Source: Methanothrix sp. (GTDB lineage: Archaea > Halobacteriota > Methanosarcinia > Methanotrichales > Methanotrichaceae). From it: a stretch of 64,000 nucleotides of DNA. The DNA is taken from positions 1,632,001 through 1,696,000 of the forward strand of contig OY821645.1 of assembly GCA_963682135.1 (NCBI GenBank), read 5' to 3'. Of this stretch, positions 41,687-51,868 are shown piece after piece; position 1 is the first letter of the stretch; each line of letters opens with the position of its first letter. Made by a program: the position numbers and the translations under genes. Below the pieces are notes generated by a model. It made no database searches. It saw only the letters and a program-made list of their open reading frames with translations, and was not told the origin of the DNA.

Positions 41687-42586
41687 TTGCATGATGTCGT
41701 CATAGTAGGAGCAGGCCCGGCTGGGCTGACCGCTGCCATGTACTGCGCGAGAGGCGGAAAGAAGACGCTGGTTTTGGGCAATATCTACGGCTCGCAGCAG
41801 TCCATGGGCGGCCTCTATGAAAACTACCCCGGATTTCCCGATGGCATTCAGGGCATAGAGCTCTCGGAGAAGATGCTGGCCCAGGCCCAGAAGTTCGGGG
41901 CAGAGTACCAAGTTGATCAGGTGGAGAAGATCGTGCCCCTGCGCGACTCCTTCCGCCTCAAGACAGAGAACTGGCAGTACGAAGCCAGAGCCGTCATCCT
42001 GGCCACGGGCGCCAGCCACCGCGCCATCGGCGTGCCTGGAGAGAAGGAGCTGACGGCCCGGGGTGTGTCCTACTGTGTGCATTGCGATGGAGCGCTCTTC
42101 AGGAGCAAGACCGTGGCAGTGGTGGGCTATGGCAATGGCGCCGCCCGGGCCATCCTCTATCTGGCCAACATCGCCGAGAAGGTTCACCTGCTCTCCTCGC
42201 GAGAGAAGCTGGTAGCCGAATCGGTCTACCTGGATCGTATCAAGAAGTTGTCCAACTACACAGCATCCTTTGGTGTGGAGATCACCGGAATCCTGGGCGA
42301 CCAGTTCGTCAGCAGCGTCGAGTATAAGGTAGGCAACACCCCCCGTTCCCTGAAGGCGGACGGTGTCTTCGTTGAGATGGGCATGAATCCCAACACAGAT
42401 CTGGCCACGGCCCTGGGCCTGGAGATGACGCCCGGCGGCTTTGTGAAGGTCAACCGGCTCAATCAGGAGACGAACATGCCGGGAGTCTTCGCAGCCGGAG
42501 ACCTGACAGGCGGAAGGTTGCAGGTGGCTACGGCTGTCGGCAGCGGCGCGTCAGCCGCCATTAGCGCCCTGCAATATCTGGGATAG
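41687..42586 (+). CDS. trxB: Thioredoxin-disulfide reductase-like FAD oxidoreductase
   Basis: IVGAGPAGLTAA, ENYPG, GVSYCVHCDG, GVFAAGD. The NADPH-binding motif is variant (GYGNGA). Confidence 0.85.
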   Translation: MHDVVIVGAGPAGLTAAMYCARGGKKTLVLGNIYGSQQSMGGLYENYPGFPDGIQGIELSEKMLAQAQKFGAEYQVDQVEKIVPLRDSFRLKTENWQYEARAVILATGASHRAIGVPGEKELTARGVSYCVHCDGALFRSKTVAVVGYGNGAARAILYLANIAEKVHLLSSREKLVAESVYLDRIKKLSNYTASFGVEITGILGDQFVSSVEYKVGNTPRSLKADGVFVEMGMNPNTDLATALGLEMTPGGFVKVNRLNQETNMPGVFAAGDLTGGRLQVATAVGSGASAAISALQYLG

Positions 42587-42590
42587 GACA

Positions 42591-43556
42591 ATGGCAAGAG
42601 CTAGAGTAGAAAGAGAACTGGATCTGAGAAAGCCGGTTACCGTCTGGCGTTCGCAGGACCTGGAGAACGGACAGACGGCGCAGTCGCTGACCATGATCCT
42701 GCGCACAGTGGGCTGTCGCTGGAACCGCTGCACTATGTGCGGCTATGCCGGGGAGGGAGCGCCCGCCTGCGCCCTGGACCTGATCGCCCAGTTCGAATGT
42801 GCCCTGGAGAGATCCTCTCCGGAGGTCTCCGTGGTTAAGATCTACACCAGCGGCAGCTTCCTGGATCCAGCCGAGATGCCGGTAGAGGCCCGCGATGAGA
42901 TCCTAAAGAGGCTCGAGGCTCTGGGAATAAAGAAGCTGGTCATTGAGACCCGACCTGAATATGTAACGCCCCAAACGGTCGAGATATGCCTCAGCCATTT
43001 GTCTACTGAGTTTGCCATCGGTCTGGAAACGGCAAACGACCTCATCCGGGAGAATGCCATCCGCAAGGGCTTCTCCTTCCAGGACTTTACGAAAGCCTCC
43101 GAGGAAGTGCATAGACAGGGAGGGCGCGTCAAAGCTTACCTGCTGCTCAAGCCGCCTCTGCTCTCGGAAGGCCAGGCCATGAGAGATGCCATAGCCTCTG
43201 CCCGGGCGGCCCGCAGCCACGCGGATATCCTATCACTTAACCTCTGCAACGTGCAGCGCAATACCGTGGTGGAACGCATGTGGGAGCGGGGCGAGTTTCG
43301 TCCTCCCTGGCTCTGGTCGGCTCTGGAAGTGCTAAAGAGCGTACCCGGCCCCATCGTCTGCGATCCCGTGGGCGCCGGAACCAGGCGTGGCCCGCATAAC
43401 TGTGGAGCCTGTGATGAGAGTGTGGCCGAAGCTATTCGAACCCATGCCCTTTCCCAGGAAATTGCGCCATTGCAAAACCAGGACTGCCAATGCAAGTCCA
43501 CCTGGAAAGAGCTGATGGAAGTGGAGGAGCAGTCCTTTGGGACTCCTCTTTTTTAA
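42591..43556 (+). CDS. Archaeosine-biosynthesis radical SAM protein RaSEA-like
   Basis: ILRTVGCRWNRCTMCGY, YTSGSFLD, ETRPE, PPWLWS, RGPHNCGACD. Confidence 0.85.
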   Translation: MARARVERELDLRKPVTVWRSQDLENGQTAQSLTMILRTVGCRWNRCTMCGYAGEGAPACALDLIAQFECALERSSPEVSVVKIYTSGSFLDPAEMPVEARDEILKRLEALGIKKLVIETRPEYVTPQTVEICLSHLSTEFAIGLETANDLIRENAIRKGFSFQDFTKASEEVHRQGGRVKAYLLLKPPLLSEGQAMRDAIASARAARSHADILSLNLCNVQRNTVVERMWERGEFRPPWLWSALEVLKSVPGPIVCDPVGAGTRRGPHNCGACDESVAEAIRTHALSQEIAPLQNQDCQCKSTWKELMEVEEQSFGTPLF

Positions 43557-43639
43557 CTTTTCATTTTATCATCTCTTCAAAATCCTTCTGAATAGTTTGA
43601 AATATTAAGGATATGACATATTCATTCAGGTGGTATTTG

Positions 43640-44509
43640 ATGTTCGAAAAGGTCCTAATCCCGACCGATTTTTCCAAACATGCGAAAAGGGTTATCGGAT
43701 GCGTCGGCGAGATTCCCGGCGTAAAAGATGTATTGCTCCTAAATGTTGTTGCAAGACCGACAATTACCAGATTCTGGGATCCGGTGGCTGAGGTCAAAGC
43801 TGCCGAGGAGAGAATATCTGAGATGAAGAGCGCCATAAGAGTCCCGAGCGTGAGCGTCAAAGCCAGAGCCGTGACCGTTCTGGAGGACGAGGTGGCAAGT
43901 GCCATCCAGAGGGTGGCCGAGGATGAGAAGGTCAGCCTGGTGGCCATGGGGGCACGGGGAAAGAGCCTCATTGAGAGCGTTCTCTTGGGAAGTACCTCCC
44001 GAAATGTACTGCGTTATGGAAATACCCACCTTTTGATCATGCGCTACCGGAATCTGGAGGAGACTGACCAAAAGGAGCTTTGCGAAAGAATCTTCTCCAA
44101 GGTACTCTTTCCCACCGATTTCTCTCAACCTGCCGAAGCTGCACTCTCCTTCTTGAAGGGCCTGCCGGGAATTGGAGAGCTCTTGCTGCTCAATGTTGTC
44201 TCAAAGGGCGAGACTGAAGAAGAGATTGAGGCCAACGTCGCCATAGCCAGGCAACAGATCAATGAGATATCATCAGAGCTTAGTAAGGATGGGTTGAATG
44301 TAACCGCAAAGGTAGTGGTCGGACATCCAGTGGAGACCATTCGCTATGAAGCTGAGATGCAGAATGTCTCTCTTATTGCCATAAGTTCCCAAGGAGCTGT
44401 GGCCATAAAGAAGGGAAGGATCGGAAGCACCGCCTATGATGTGGCTAATTCCGCAACCAGACCTGTCTTGATCTTACGGAGATCGAAGATTGCATTGTAC
44501 TATATTTAG
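43640..44509 (+). CDS. Universal stress protein (tandem UspA domains)
   Basis: Two KVL.PTDFS domains; GARGKS...LGSTS and IGSTA. Confidence 0.92.
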   Translation: MFEKVLIPTDFSKHAKRVIGCVGEIPGVKDVLLLNVVARPTITRFWDPVAEVKAAEERISEMKSAIRVPSVSVKARAVTVLEDEVASAIQRVAEDEKVSLVAMGARGKSLIESVLLGSTSRNVLRYGNTHLLIMRYRNLEETDQKELCERIFSKVLFPTDFSQPAEAALSFLKGLPGIGELLLLNVVSKGETEEEIEANVAIARQQINEISSELSKDGLNVTAKVVVGHPVETIRYEAEMQNVSLIAISSQGAVAIKKGRIGSTAYDVANSATRPVLILRRSKIALYYI

Positions 44510-44530
44510 GCTCGTTTGCAGTATTATCTG

Positions 44531-44779
44531 TCATACCGTGCGTCTGATTCCCGGCGTTGTCAGGTACCATCGCCCTTTCTTTTCTTTGAGAAACTGCAGT
44601 GCCTGCGGATAATCATCGAAATAATGGGTTTCCCCAGTATCCAGGCTCATGACCGTTATCCGCTCTTCAAATGTAATTCCTTTCTCCGCGAGCAAGCTTT
44701 CGATCTCTTCACGTAGCTTGCTCTTCTTCTTTTGGGGCGGACACTCATTTGCAGACATCTCATCTTGCAGGATGCTCAT
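44531..44779 (-). CDS. Hypothetical protein
   Basis: 82-aa ORF coupled to the upstream gene. Confidence 0.6.
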   Translation of the reverse strand: MSILQDEMSANECPPQKKKSKLREEIESLLAEKGITFEERITVMSLDTGETHYFDDYPQALQFLKEKKGRWYLTTPGIRRTV

Positions 44780-44783
44780 CTCC

Positions 44784-45344
44784 TCAAAACTTGGCGGGCC
44801 TCGCCTGGCTCAATGCCCACTTTATATACCCGGCAGCAGGAAATTCATGTACCGAGGTGGCCACGATCAGTCCTTTTCCGAAATTTGCCCTGACCAGAAT
44901 GCTTCTTCCTTTTTCGTCCTTCAAGACGATCTTATAGCCCTCTCCTGCAATAAGGTATCCGTCACATTCAGGAGTGCTGGTGCAAAGCAAGCAGGAGCAT
45001 TCATCAACAGACGGAGAAATGGTCTGGGAGGATAGCTCGCAGACATAGCGGAGAGATAGGGGTAACCAGTCATATTTGTGATCAGGCACCATTGGGCCGA
45101 AGACGGTCAACACTCCGCCATTCTGCACAAAATCGGAAATATTCGATTTCATTCTCTGCAGTGCTGGCAGCGCCTTGGAGTAATCTGGATTGGCAAAGCC
45201 GGTGGGAATCATGACCATCTTGTATCTGGGCAGAAATGGGCTACCTAAGATGGCAGGGGAGAGAAACTGAAAGCTCACGGCCAAATCTGCGAAGAGCTTT
45301 TCATAGAGAAAGGTCCTCTCGCCAATAAGAGCTATATCTGACAT
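44784..45344 (-). CDS. Conserved hypothetical protein (possible class I glutamine amidotransferase-like fold)
   Basis: IPTGFAN, FVQNGGVLTVFG, GKGLIVATSVHEFP. Confidence 0.7.
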   Translation of the reverse strand: MSDIALIGERTFLYEKLFADLAVSFQFLSPAILGSPFLPRYKMVMIPTGFANPDYSKALPALQRMKSNISDFVQNGGVLTVFGPMVPDHKYDWLPLSLRYVCELSSQTISPSVDECSCLLCTSTPECDGYLIAGEGYKIVLKDEKGRSILVRANFGKGLIVATSVHEFPAAGYIKWALSQARPAKF

Positions 45345-45445
45345 ATTACCATTGTTTCTAATACTGCCCAGGGAAAACCTTTATGGTTCTTTTTCTCCAT
45401 TAAGTTTATTACTAAATAACATGGGTATATTGGCCGAGATTATAT

Positions 45446-45868
45446 ATGGAACAAGAATTAATGAGGATCGGTGTTTCGCTACCGGAGAAGCTGCTCTCCC
45501 GGTTTGATGAGATAATCCTGCACCGCGGTTATTCATCGCGTTCAGAGGGTATTAGAGATGCCATCAGAAACTACATCGTCCATTACGAATGGATGAGCGA
45601 TGTGCAGGGTGAGAGAGTGGGGGTCATAACTCTCGTGTATTCTCATGGTCAACGCGGGCTGGTAGACAACCTGACGGAGATTCAACATGAAGCGGGAAGC
45701 ATTATCCAATCCAGCTTGCATGTGCATTTAGACCACGAAAACTGCCTGGAGGTAATCGTACTGCGGGGCGAGGGTCAGGATGTGAGAAAGGCCGCCGAGA
45801 AGATGATGTCGCTAAAGGGCGTAAAGCACGTCAAACTCACAACGACCTCCATGGGCAAAGAGCTATAA
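45446..45868 (+). CDS. nikR: Nickel-responsive regulator
   Basis: RIGVSLP..LL..FD...[15 protein letters not shown]; [12 protein letters not shown]. Confidence 0.96.
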   Translation: MEQELMRIGVSLPEKLLSRFDEIILHRGYSSRSEGIRDAIRNYIVHYEWMSDVQGERVGVITLVYSHGQRGLVDNLTEIQHEAGSIIQSSLHVHLDHENCLEVIVLRGEGQDVRKAAEKMMSLKGVKHVKLTTTSMGKEL

Positions 45869-45877
45869 CTAATTTCC

Positions 45878-46531
45878 ATGATTTCGCGGGAAATTTCACC
45901 GGGTGTCTTCATCTTAGAGGTAGAGGGTCAAAAGAGACTGGCGACCAGATCGGACGACGTTGTGCCCGTTTATGGGGAACGCATCCTGGAAGGCTACCGG
46001 ATCTGGGACCCTTTCCGCTCCAAGCTTGCCGCCCTCCTGCTCAAAGGTCGCAGGACTCAGCCTCTGCTAGCTCGCGATGCGAAGGTACTCTATCTGGGAG
46101 CAGCCACGGGCACCACAGTCAGTCACGTTAGCGATATCGTTCGTGATGGACTGGTATATGCCGTGGAGTTCTCGCCTCGCTCCATGCGAGATTTGGTCCG
46201 GCTCTGCGAGAGACGCAATAATATTGTGCCGATTCTTGCCGATGCAGCCCAGCCGGAAGAGTATGCATCTCTTGTCGAGCCGGTAGACCTGGTCTACCAG
46301 GATGTCTCTCAGCGAAATCAAGCAGAAATTGCCTCCAGAAACTGCGCTCGCTACCTAAAGCCGGGCGGCGAGCTAATCCTCATGCTAAAGACGCGCTCTG
46401 TGGATGTAACTGCCAGCCCGCAGGCAGTCCTTCAGGCGGAGACAAAAAATATGCAGGGTTTGGATCTCTTGCCGGTCCTGGATCTTCTGCCCTTTCACCA
46501 GGACCATTTTGCCATTCAAGCTAGCTTATGA
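45878..46531 (+). CDS. flpA: Fibrillarin-like rRNA/tRNA 2'-O-methyltransferase
   Basis: VYGE, WDPFRSKLAA, VLYLGAATGTTVSHVSD, YAVEFS, YQDVSQ. Confidence 0.95.
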   Translation: MISREISPGVFILEVEGQKRLATRSDDVVPVYGERILEGYRIWDPFRSKLAALLLKGRRTQPLLARDAKVLYLGAATGTTVSHVSDIVRDGLVYAVEFSPRSMRDLVRLCERRNNIVPILADAAQPEEYASLVEPVDLVYQDVSQRNQAEIASRNCARYLKPGGELILMLKTRSVDVTASPQAVLQAETKNMQGLDLLPVLDLLPFHQDHFAIQASL

Positions 46532-47285
46532 GCTTTTTAACCTCATCGAAGATGATGTTGGGAAGAAGCCTGACGTAACCTACCAGCGGGATCTTGGCTC
46601 TCGCCACTCCAATTACCCATTCCTCTTTTACGGGGGTGAGGAAGCTGATGCCTTCTCCAACGAAGGTACCGTTTTCTGTCTTATAAATTAGCAGACCGGT
46701 CTTCTTATCCAGGTATACATCGCTGCCAACATCCATTATCTCTCCCCGGTTAGCCTCGATGTATGATGCCTTGGCTGTTCCGAAGATCTGACCGGCCATC
46801 TGGTCGATCACCTCATTGTGGTCTCCTTTAGTTATATAGCCGGAAAATGGCGCGGCCGGGCCCCCATCCCACATGGCTTCACCCGCGTTCACATAACGCA
46901 GGGCGCGATGAATAATTGGCGTGGCCTTATCTTTGCCGGGCGCAAATCCCAGAAGCATTTTGAACTGGTCCAGCAGATTCAGGCTAGCCTTGCCATAGGG
47001 CCTGTACAGTATGACATCTCCCGACTTGTTGAAGGCGGTATAGCCGGTTTTCTCGGCCTCACTCCAGGGGATCACATCCGTGCGCGATGCACCCTGAACT
47101 ACTACTATGTCACCGATATTGAGGTTAGGCACCATGCTTCCCGACTCTACGGCAACCATTGGCGTCCAGAGGCCCAATACAAGTTGAGATAGCAGGGATA
47201 TGCCACCTACTACCACAACCACGAAAATAATGTCCTTGACCGGGCCCGGAAGAGGCAAATTGTCAAACCACTCGACGATCTTCAT
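46521..47285 (-). CDS. Signal peptidase I (S26/Sec11 type)
   Basis: TM anchor, VESGSMVPNL..GD, PIIHR, ITKGDHN, IPLVGY. Start at ATG 47285. Confidence 0.9.
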   Translation of the reverse strand: MKIVEWFDNLPLPGPVKDIIFVVVVVGGISLLSQLVLGLWTPMVAVESGSMVPNLNIGDIVVVQGASRTDVIPWSEAEKTGYTAFNKSGDVILYRPYGKASLNLLDQFKMLLGFAPGKDKATPIIHRALRYVNAGEAMWDGGPAAPFSGYITKGDHNEVIDQMAGQIFGTAKASYIEANRGEIMDVGSDVYLDKKTGLLIYKTENGTFVGEGISFLTPVKEEWVIGVARAKIPLVGYVRLLPNIIFDEVKKLIS

Positions 47286-47306
47286 AGAGCCTCCGGGATC
47301 AGGGAT

Positions 47307-48519
47307 CGCGGAAATCCTCGCCATTTGGGCCGAGGAGAAGCGTACCTTGCTGTTGCAGCATACCAACTTCTATTTATCCATTGAAGACTTTCTTCAATGT
47401 AATGCTTCAGACCTTGATGGTAAAGCTCGACCCCACCCCAGAGCAGCATAAGATGCTCTTTGAAACAATGAAGAGGTTTAACGAGGCCTGTAATCACATA
47501 GCAAATACTGTTTTTGCTCTGCATAGTGCCAACAAGGTTGAGATCCATAAGACGGTTTACTATCCTGTTAGAGAACATTTTGGACTCTCCGCACAACTTA
47601 CTGTCAGAGCCATTTCCAAGGTCTGTGAAGCGTATAAGCGAGACAAATCTATCAAGCCAGAGTTCCGACTCAATGGGTCCATCGTTTACGATCAACGCAT
47701 TCTCTCTTGGAAAGGACTTGAGATGGTCTCTCTGATCACGCTTCAGGGCAGACAGTTTATCCCTGTTCGTTTCGGAGAATATCAGAAAGCCAGGATGGAC
47801 AGGATCAGAGGCCAAGCAGACTTGATCCTTGTCAAAGGAGTTTTCTACCTTTGCGTTGTGGTTGATGTTTCTGAAGCTTCTACCTATGATCCTGTTGGGG
47901 TTCTCGGTGTTGATCTTGGTATCAAGAATCTGGCTGTAGATAGCGATGGAGTTGTACATTCTGGAGAGAAAATTCAGAACGTCAGAGCCAAATCGGATGC
48001 TCTCAAGGCCAAGCTCCAAAGTGTTGGAACCAAGAGCGCTAAAAAACATCTTAAGAAGCTGTCTGGTAGAATGGCAAGATTCACCCGAGACACTAACCAT
48101 TGCATCTCCAAGATTCTGATTACTAAGGCTAAAGACACCTTTTCCCTGATAGCTCTCGAAGATCTTGAGGGAATTAGAAAGAGGATTACGGTTAGAACCA
48201 AGTTTCAGAGACGTAATCAAAGCACTTGGAGTTTCAATCAGCTCAGAGAGTTTATGACCTACAAGACCGCGATAGCTGGTGTTCCGTTGGTCTACGTAGA
48301 CTGTGCTTATACTTCCCTGGAATGTCCTATCTGCCATTGTATCTCCAAATCCAATCGTCCTACTAGGGACAATTTTGTGTGTACCTGCTGCGGCTTCTCT
48401 GGTCCTGCAGATACCGTTGCAGCTCGAAACATAGCTGACCGGGCAGCAGTCAACCTGCCTATCGTGACGCGGTTTTTTGCGCAGTCGCAAGCTCCGTCCT
48501 TTAGGGCGGAGTAGTTGAC
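47307..48519 (+). mobile_element. IS200/IS605-family (IS1341-type) element, tnpB only
   Basis: Left subterminal hairpin TCCTCG...CGAGGA (47315-47336); right hairpin CTCCGTCC-TTTA-GGGCGGAG (48492-48511) followed by TTGAC; no tnpA. Left boundary approximate. Confidence 0.8.
47402..48514 (+). CDS. tnpB: RNA-guided endonuclease TnpB
   Basis: RuvC-I GVDLG, RuvC-II LEDL, Zn finger CPIC..CTCC, RuvC-III ADTVAARNI. Confidence 0.93.
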   Translation: MLQTLMVKLDPTPEQHKMLFETMKRFNEACNHIANTVFALHSANKVEIHKTVYYPVREHFGLSAQLTVRAISKVCEAYKRDKSIKPEFRLNGSIVYDQRILSWKGLEMVSLITLQGRQFIPVRFGEYQKARMDRIRGQADLILVKGVFYLCVVVDVSEASTYDPVGVLGVDLGIKNLAVDSDGVVHSGEKIQNVRAKSDALKAKLQSVGTKSAKKHLKKLSGRMARFTRDTNHCISKILITKAKDTFSLIALEDLEGIRKRITVRTKFQRRNQSTWSFNQLREFMTYKTAIAGVPLVYVDCAYTSLECPICHCISKSNRPTRDNFVCTCCGFSGPADTVAARNIADRAAVNLPIVTRFFAQSQAPSFRAE

Positions 48520-48560
48520 CAACCAGATTTATCAGTTGGTAGGCTCTTATACTCCTTTCG

Positions 48561-50174
48561 ATGCAGCAGATGTCACCGCGTGGCAGCCGCCCCCGAGCTG
48601 GCCAGGATATCGTGCAAAAGTTGGCCGAGCAAGGTTATCAACTAGAGCCGGAGGCACTGGAAATAATCTGCCGCTATCCCGGCAGCAAAGAAGAGCTGCT
48701 AAGGCGCATAATCGGCAGCGCGGATAGGTCCGTAGCGGTTATTGGGACAGCCATGGTATCATGTCATCTTGAATCAGCCGCTGCGAGAATGGCATGCCCT
48801 GCCAAAGTTGCAGCGCCCTCGCCTTCTTTGCTTTCCCATTCATCTATTGCTTCATCTCCCATCACATATTCCACCCCTCAAGCTTCCTCGCCACCCAACA
48901 TACAATTGCCATCGCCTGGCATATCTCCCCAGCCAACGGCATCGGTTCCATGCTTACAGGACGCGTCTGCGAAACTGAAATGCGACATTACCGGCCGGTC
49001 GACATGCGTGGGAGATTACAATGATTTCGTACACTATTTTCGCGATAGATTCTCAAAAATCAGGGAGATTCTCTCTCGACGACTCAACTCCCGGCCCATC
49101 GAATCCCTGGGAAAGAGCACAACCGGTCGAGAGGTGTCTCTAATCGGCATGGTCATGGATGTTAAGACCACTAGCAAAGGAAATCGTGTAATCGAGCTCG
49201 AGGATCCCACCGGCATGATAACGGCGGTCATTCAGAAGGATGCTGAGGTCTTCGAGCAATCCAGTCTCATTATAACAGATGAAGTCATAGGCGTCACTGG
49301 CATCTCCGATGGCAACGGGAGGCTCTTTGTCAAATCTTTGCTCTGGCCGGATATGCCCAACCAGACTGCTCCTCTGGAGAATGGAAGCGGCTTTGCTCTT
49401 CTGCTCTCTGATCTGCATGTAGGAAGCAAATACTTCATGGCCGATGCCTGGCAGAGATTTTTGCAGTGGCTCAATGGCAACACGGACGATGCTTCCGGTC
49501 TGGCTTCTCAGGTGCGATACATAGTGATCGCTGGAGATCTGGTGGACGGCATTGGCATCTATCCAGGTCAACAAAACGATCTGGATATCATGGACATATA
49601 TGCCCAGTACGAAGCCGCGGCACAGTGGCTCAACGGCATAAGAAAGGACATACAAGTGATCATTGCTCCCGGAAATCACGATATTGTGCGTCAGGCAGAA
49701 CCGCAGCCCGCTCTTCCTGAGGATGTGCAGAGGTATTTCCGAAAAGACATGCTCTTTGTGGGCAATCCCGCGTGGGTGACCCTGAGCGGGGTATCGGTAT
49801 TGATCTACCACGGTCGAAGCATAGACGATCTGGTCTTAAAGCTGCCCGGCATCTCTTATGCTGCGCCGGAGAAGGCCATGATCGAGATGCTGAGACGGCG
49901 GCATCTAGCTCCGATCTACGGCAGTCGCGTCTCCATTGCACCCGAGCATGAAGACCATTATGTTATATCCCGGCCACCGGCCATACTGCATTGTGGACAC
50001 GTTCACACCGTGGGGATTGCCAGGTACAAAGGAGTGGCTGTGATCAATAGCGGAACCTGGCAGTCTCAGACAGATTTTCAGAAAAAAATGAACATTCAGC
50101 CTGTGCCGGCAGTGGTGCCTATTGTCGATCTGGCAACTATGAAGATCCGCAAGCTGATCTTCACCGAGAACTGA
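48561..50174 (+). CDS. polB: DNA polymerase II (PolD) small subunit DP1
   Basis: OB fold IGMV...ELEDPTG; phosphoesterase motifs SDLHVGS, AGDLVDG, PGNHD, YHGRS, HCGHVH, NSGTWQ.QT.FQ. Confidence 0.95.
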   Translation: MQQMSPRGSRPRAGQDIVQKLAEQGYQLEPEALEIICRYPGSKEELLRRIIGSADRSVAVIGTAMVSCHLESAAARMACPAKVAAPSPSLLSHSSIASSPITYSTPQASSPPNIQLPSPGISPQPTASVPCLQDASAKLKCDITGRSTCVGDYNDFVHYFRDRFSKIREILSRRLNSRPIESLGKSTTGREVSLIGMVMDVKTTSKGNRVIELEDPTGMITAVIQKDAEVFEQSSLIITDEVIGVTGISDGNGRLFVKSLLWPDMPNQTAPLENGSGFALLLSDLHVGSKYFMADAWQRFLQWLNGNTDDASGLASQVRYIVIAGDLVDGIGIYPGQQNDLDIMDIYAQYEAAAQWLNGIRKDIQVIIAPGNHDIVRQAEPQPALPEDVQRYFRKDMLFVGNPAWVTLSGVSVLIYHGRSIDDLVLKLPGISYAAPEKAMIEMLRRRHLAPIYGSRVSIAPEHEDHYVISRPPAILHCGHVHTVGIARYKGVAVINSGTWQSQTDFQKKMNIQPVPAVVPIVDLATMKIRKLIFTEN

Positions 50175-50486
50175 TCAATATTAATACATTATTAATATTA
50201 AAATGCTAAAGTATCCTTGCATACTAAATTCTCTGAGCAAATTGGCATAATTATATATTATATAATAATAATAGATTATAACTTTATTTTATATAAAATA
50301 GATACATATTAATACTGACAATAAGAGCCATCTGTTTATTTACAGATACAACAAATCATTACATTTAAGTAATATTTGAAAGCTAATGAGTTATAAGCAA
50401 TAACTTCGTTTGTATGTCTTACCAAAAAATATAAATACTATCGATGCTAACATCCGTCTATATTAAAGAATGTATGGGGTGAGATT

Positions 50487-50894
50487 ATCAAAAAAATAGG
50501 AGTTGTATTGGCATTGGCTATAGCCATATTATCCCTTCCTGCTATGGCGCAGGACGAATATGGCTTGGCTGGAAGCGGCGGTGTGGATATTCTCGGAACA
50601 GGGATTTTTGAGACAGATGGATCCCTCATTAAGTTCCCCAGTGTCCAGAATACCAATATAGATACCCTGGATGTAGGCAATGATAAGGCATTAGCATTTG
50701 GCAATATTTGGCAGAAGACACCCATAGCCAGTGCTACCAACAACCTGGAGATCAAGAAGAATCAGGATTCCGGAGCATGTGATGCCTGCACCAAGGTCAA
50801 TATAGATCAGATCAGTGTAGGAAATAGGGAGGCTATGGCTTTCGGATTCGCAGAAGCCACTAACAATGTTAAGATCGTAGCCAATCAGCAGTAG
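50487..50894 (+). CDS. Secreted two-repeat beta-arch-like protein A1 (candidate fibre/amyloid subunit)
   Basis: Signal peptide; repeats NIDTLDVGNDKALAFG...ATNNLEIKKNQ and NIDQISVGNREAMAFG..ATNNVKIVANQQ joined by CDAC. Start probably ATC 50487 (ORF track uses TTG 50508). Confidence 0.8.
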   Translation: MKKIGVVLALAIAILSLPAMAQDEYGLAGSGGVDILGTGIFETDGSLIKFPSVQNTNIDTLDVGNDKALAFGNIWQKTPIASATNNLEIKKNQDSGACDACTKVNIDQISVGNREAMAFGFAEATNNVKIVANQQ

Positions 50895-50923
50895 CTCTTG
50901 TCTGCGATTTCAAGAGGACCGAA

Positions 50924-51541
50924 ATGAAGAGACCGACCAATCCCACTGGCATGATGCTGGTGGGAGTTCTATTTATATACATCATCTTGACACCGACCAC
51001 AGCTTTGCAGCAGCCAAGCAGCCAGGAACAGCTCAATAAATTAATAGACCAACAGCAAAATAGTCCTGACTTAGGCATGCTCAAAGTCGGTGCAGAGACC
51101 ATTAATTTTCCCTGGTCCAGCCAGGAAGATCTGCATGTGCATCCAAATCTGCCCGGTTTTGCATCGATACCTCTCGAAAAGGAAGAGATCGTGATGGATG
51201 ACAGCAATCCAACGGCAAATGTGAAAGATCTTTCCGCAATGAACTCTCAATTACAAAGAGATTTGATCTTCAAGGATTCTCAAAAGCAGGATCCAGATTA
51301 TGAAGGACTCGTGAACTCTCAAGAAATATGCGTGAGCGGCGAAGACAATGACGAATCTGTAGATAATGATAATAACAGGATGCATAATGCGGGGAATTAT
51401 TTGAGCATTGATGTTCAAGATATATCTGTCAGCGCTATAAATACCGTACAAGGTGGAAGTGCAGTGGCCACCTCCAATATTATCATCCAGCCGGTGCAGA
51501 TTATAGTCTGCCCGCCCGAAGTTGGTGTTAAGTTGAAATGA
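50924..51541 (+). CDS. Secreted partner protein B1 with one C-terminal repeat
   Basis: Signal peptide; acidic N/Q/D-rich middle; C-terminal GNYLSIDVQDISVSAINTVQGGSAVATSNIIIQPVQIIVCP. Confidence 0.8.
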   Translation: MKRPTNPTGMMLVGVLFIYIILTPTTALQQPSSQEQLNKLIDQQQNSPDLGMLKVGAETINFPWSSQEDLHVHPNLPGFASIPLEKEEIVMDDSNPTANVKDLSAMNSQLQRDLIFKDSQKQDPDYEGLVNSQEICVSGEDNDESVDNDNNRMHNAGNYLSIDVQDISVSAINTVQGGSAVATSNIIIQPVQIIVCPPEVGVKLK

Positions 51542-51868
51542 TGCAGAAATCGCATCAGTTCTGTTTCTAGTTTTAGATTTTGCACCTTTGTATTCCCTTT
51601 GTTTATCCGCTTAACTAGATCTGATTCATCTATTTATATCTTTTATTTGTAAGAGTTCCGACCTGAGAACCGTCTCGGCAGGGGCAATTATTGCTATATT
51701 TAGACATCGTTGATTGCTGCGGTATTATAAACAACGCATATCATATGTAAAATTCTCCAACAAAAATAGCTCTATAAATCTATGATTTTCCAATAAAAAA
51801 CACCAAAAAGTATATATATATTTGAAACTTAGTTAAGTACAACCTAAAAGGATTAATGGGGTGAGATT

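Noticed and set aside
47282-48490. 402-aa minus-strand ORF
   Set aside because: Antisense to tnpB with no recognisable motifs.
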